Below are positions 61,648 through 64,000 of a stretch of DNA of 64,000 nucleotides, piece by piece. How positions within the stretch are numbered: the first letter of the stretch is position 1; each line of letters begins with the position of its first letter. Source of the DNA: Camelus ferus. Its lineage: Eukaryota. Below the pieces are notes generated by a model. That model saw nothing but the letters and a program-made list of their open reading frames with translations, made no database searches and was not told the DNA's origin. The stretch is from assembly GCF_009834535.1 (NCBI RefSeq), contig NC_045697.1:17424001-17488000 (forward strand), read 5' to 3'. The translations under genes were made by a program, and so were the position numbers.

Positions 61648-61975
61648 GGGGGTGGGAAAGGATAAACTGGGAGTTCTAGATTTGCAGATACTAAGTAATA
61701 TACATAAAATAGGTAAATAACAAGTTTATACTGTATAGCACAGGGAACTATATTCAATATCTTGTAGTAACTTATGGTGAAAAAGAATATGAAAACAAAT
61801 ATATGTATGTTCCTATGTGACTGAAACATTGTGCTGTACACCAGAGACTGACACAACATTGTAAACTGACTCTACTGCAATAAAAATCTATTTTAAAAAA
61901 GTACATGCGAGAGGAAAGAAAAAGTAAAATAAAGACATGTTAATAACCACCACCCCCCCAAAAAAAAGACAAAAA
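61648..61975 (+). mobile_element. 5'-truncated L1 3' end plus extra tail, with TSD
   Basis: actgtatagcacagggaactatattcaatatcttgtagtaac...acaacattgtaaactgactctactgcaataaaa; TSD aagactgcaa(t/c)att at 61634-61647 and 61976-61989. Confidence 0.92.
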
Positions 61976-62204
61976 AAGACTGCAACATTAACTCCTGCAC
62001 AAATTTCCAGCCTGATAGCCAGGCCTGCAAATTTTGGACTTGCAAGTCCCTACAATTGTATGAGTCAATTCCGTAAAATTCACTCGTCTCTCTCTCTCTC
62101 CGCCCCCACACACAGAATCTGTATATGAACATGTTTACATCCTACTGGTTCTGTTCCCTGGAGAGCCCTGACTAATACAAAACCTTATCTCAGTGGCAAT
62201 GAGA

Positions 62205-62400
62205 AGAGCTCCTACCCGCCAAGCGCCTACTCCCTTCTTTTCTTGAACCATCTCGTGTAGCCTTCATAACGACTCCACGTGGTCAGCATCTCACCCCCCC
62301 CCCACTCCTTACCAATGAAGAGAACAAAGTAAGTTGAAATAATTCACCCAAGGTCAGAAAGCTAGAAAGTGACAGAGAATGGAGCCAGCTTTCCAGTCCC
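62205..62400 (-). mobile_element. MIR SINE (diverged)
   Basis: gttgaaataattcacccaaggtcagaaagctagaaagtgacagag. Confidence 0.65.
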
Positions 62401-63844
62401 AGGCACTCACACAAATATTTCTGGATTAATCAGGCAATTCATTTTCTAAGGCAGTCGAAGAATGAATCATGGCAAAAATTAGGCAGCTGGCTATATTTTT
62501 CAGGTGTGATGCTTTATTCATTGGGCAATAGCAGTCCACTTGTCAAGTATTATTTGAGTAGACATAGTATAACACCTTGAACTTGAAGAAGGAGGAAACC
62601 TTACTATTTAGTGCATTTGCAAATTCATTACAGAGGGGACGCCACAACCTGTCACCAGGCAACTCCAAAACCAAGATCCATTCTTATGATGGAAGACAAA
62701 ATCCTCTGCCTTTCAGTTGGGTTCTGTGTTTGGAGATGTTTGGGACTCGAGGTGATGCAGGAGAGGAGAGCAGTGATAAACGATTCTGAAGTCTGTGCTT
62801 TCTCTTTGCACGCAATCCGGCCCCCAGGAGCATAAGCTGATGTTCCAGAGAGATAAAAAAGAGATAGCATTTGAGATGGCTGCCACCTGTCCCTGTGTGG
62901 TATGTGCACCCTCGGTGCCATTTATTTCACCTGTCATATGGCCGTAAATATGTAAAACCTCGGGACAATCAGCTCTCCATCTTTCTCTGGGAAACTTTTT
63001 GTGAGCTTTGGAGGTTGGGAAAAAAAAAAAAAAAAAGACAGGGATCCTCCTTCTCAGGAGCTTATTTTTAGCTCCTATCTCCTCTGCAGAATGGCTAACG
63101 CCAACTCGAACTATTTCTGAAAAGAGTTGCTGGGGACAAAGTGGAGAAGTGGGTAGGCCTCCTCGAGCCAGGCTCTCAGAAGCAGGTGAGATGCAAGATA
63201 AAGCAATCGCTTTGCAGCCACCTTTGACGTAAGTGCTGGAGATTTCTTCAATTAGCTTAATCCTTCCCTCCTGACACGCATTTTATAGGAAAGCAAATGC
63301 CATCATTATCCTCCCCCGTTCTCTCTAATCCCTGTCTGCGTGGCTTGCCGACAGATGCTTTTCTGCCTGCCCGCGCTGCCTGCCTCTCCGAGCCCGGTGT
63401 CACAATGAGGCGGGCTGTGTGTGACAGATTGCTAAATCTGGCCTCCTCCAGGCAGGGGACTCGGTGTTCAAGTGCCACCGGCTGCTCCAGCCTCCCCTTG
63501 GGGCTGAGGCAGGCCCAGAAAGTTCTGCAGGGCTGCCTTGTGACTCAAGATATCCCTTGCAGAGAAGGCCAGCCGTCCACTGCTGGCAGAACCCAGTGTG
63601 GGTAACTTGCCTTGTTTAAGATTTAACTCTGGGACCCCGTCCAGGAAAAGCCTCTCTCATTCAGAAAAGAGCTACTAGCCCCAGATGCCACGACAAGAAA
63701 AGGCAATCACTCGATCGCCAGGGAACATCACTTGGTCCTGCCCTCCTGTCTAAACACAGCCAGCTCCTGTCTGTTCACTTATGCATCTAGTCATCTGTTA
63801 TTTTCACCCCTCACACATTTCCATTTCTTTTTATTTGAGGCCAC

Positions 63845-63960
63845 TGTTTTGGATCTGGAAACTGCTATTAGTAAGAATTCAGCCCTGCCTCCAACTCCCT
63901 GTGTAACTTTTGAGCCAGTTTCTTAGCCTCAGTTTCCTTATCAGTAAATTGGTGAGCAAT
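63845..63960 (+). mobile_element. MIR SINE fragment
   Basis: cagccctgcctccaactccctgtgtaacttt...gcctcagtttccttatcagtaaattgg. Confidence 0.7.
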
Positions 63961-63964
63961 GCTT

Positions 63965-63997
<33 letters not shown>

Positions 63998-63999
63998 TT
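63965..63999. repeat. (CT)n followed by poly(T)
   Basis: Read directly; may be the tail of an element beyond the window edge. Confidence 0.9.
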
Positions 64000-64000
64000 G

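Larger units (their letters stand above)
61284..62179 (+). mobile_element. MLT2D-like ERVL solo LTR with two nested insertions
   Basis: tgatggttaatt...caacttggctaggctatggtgcccagttgtttggtcaaa; gaagaagaaggaattctgcctc; end tggttctgttccctggagagccctgactaataca. Confidence 0.9.

Noticed and set aside
1..64000. Naming the host gene or locus
   Set aside because: No exon I can identify; any name would be a guess without an alignment.

Overview
Mammalian non-coding DNA, most likely from a camelid: it carries four tRNA-Ala-derived SINEs of the camelid vic-1 type. I recognise no host protein-coding exon, rRNA, genuine tRNA or CRISPR array, so the window reads as a gene desert or the interior of a very large intron. 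It is densely tiled with transposon relics (L1, L2, MIR, CR1/L3, MaLR/ERVL/ERV1 LTRs, hAT and Tigger/mariner elements), separated by repeat-free islands that look like enhancers. The only protein homology I can support is broken L1 ORF2 (about 8.4-9.8 kb, minus) and a 46-codon CR1 reverse-transcriptase relic (12270-12407, minus). Best leads: a TATA/first-exon/mini CpG island at 5.1-5.5 kb, possibly paired with a terminal exon at 22.9-23.1 kb; a 3'UTR-like insert at 10.65-11.16 kb; two candidate L1 3' transductions; and a T-box/FOX/PBX-HOX motif cluster at 36.0-36.3 kb. I found no convincing new biological system. Repeat names come from remembered consensus sequences, not a RepeatMasker run, and old-repeat boundaries are approximate (tens of bp).
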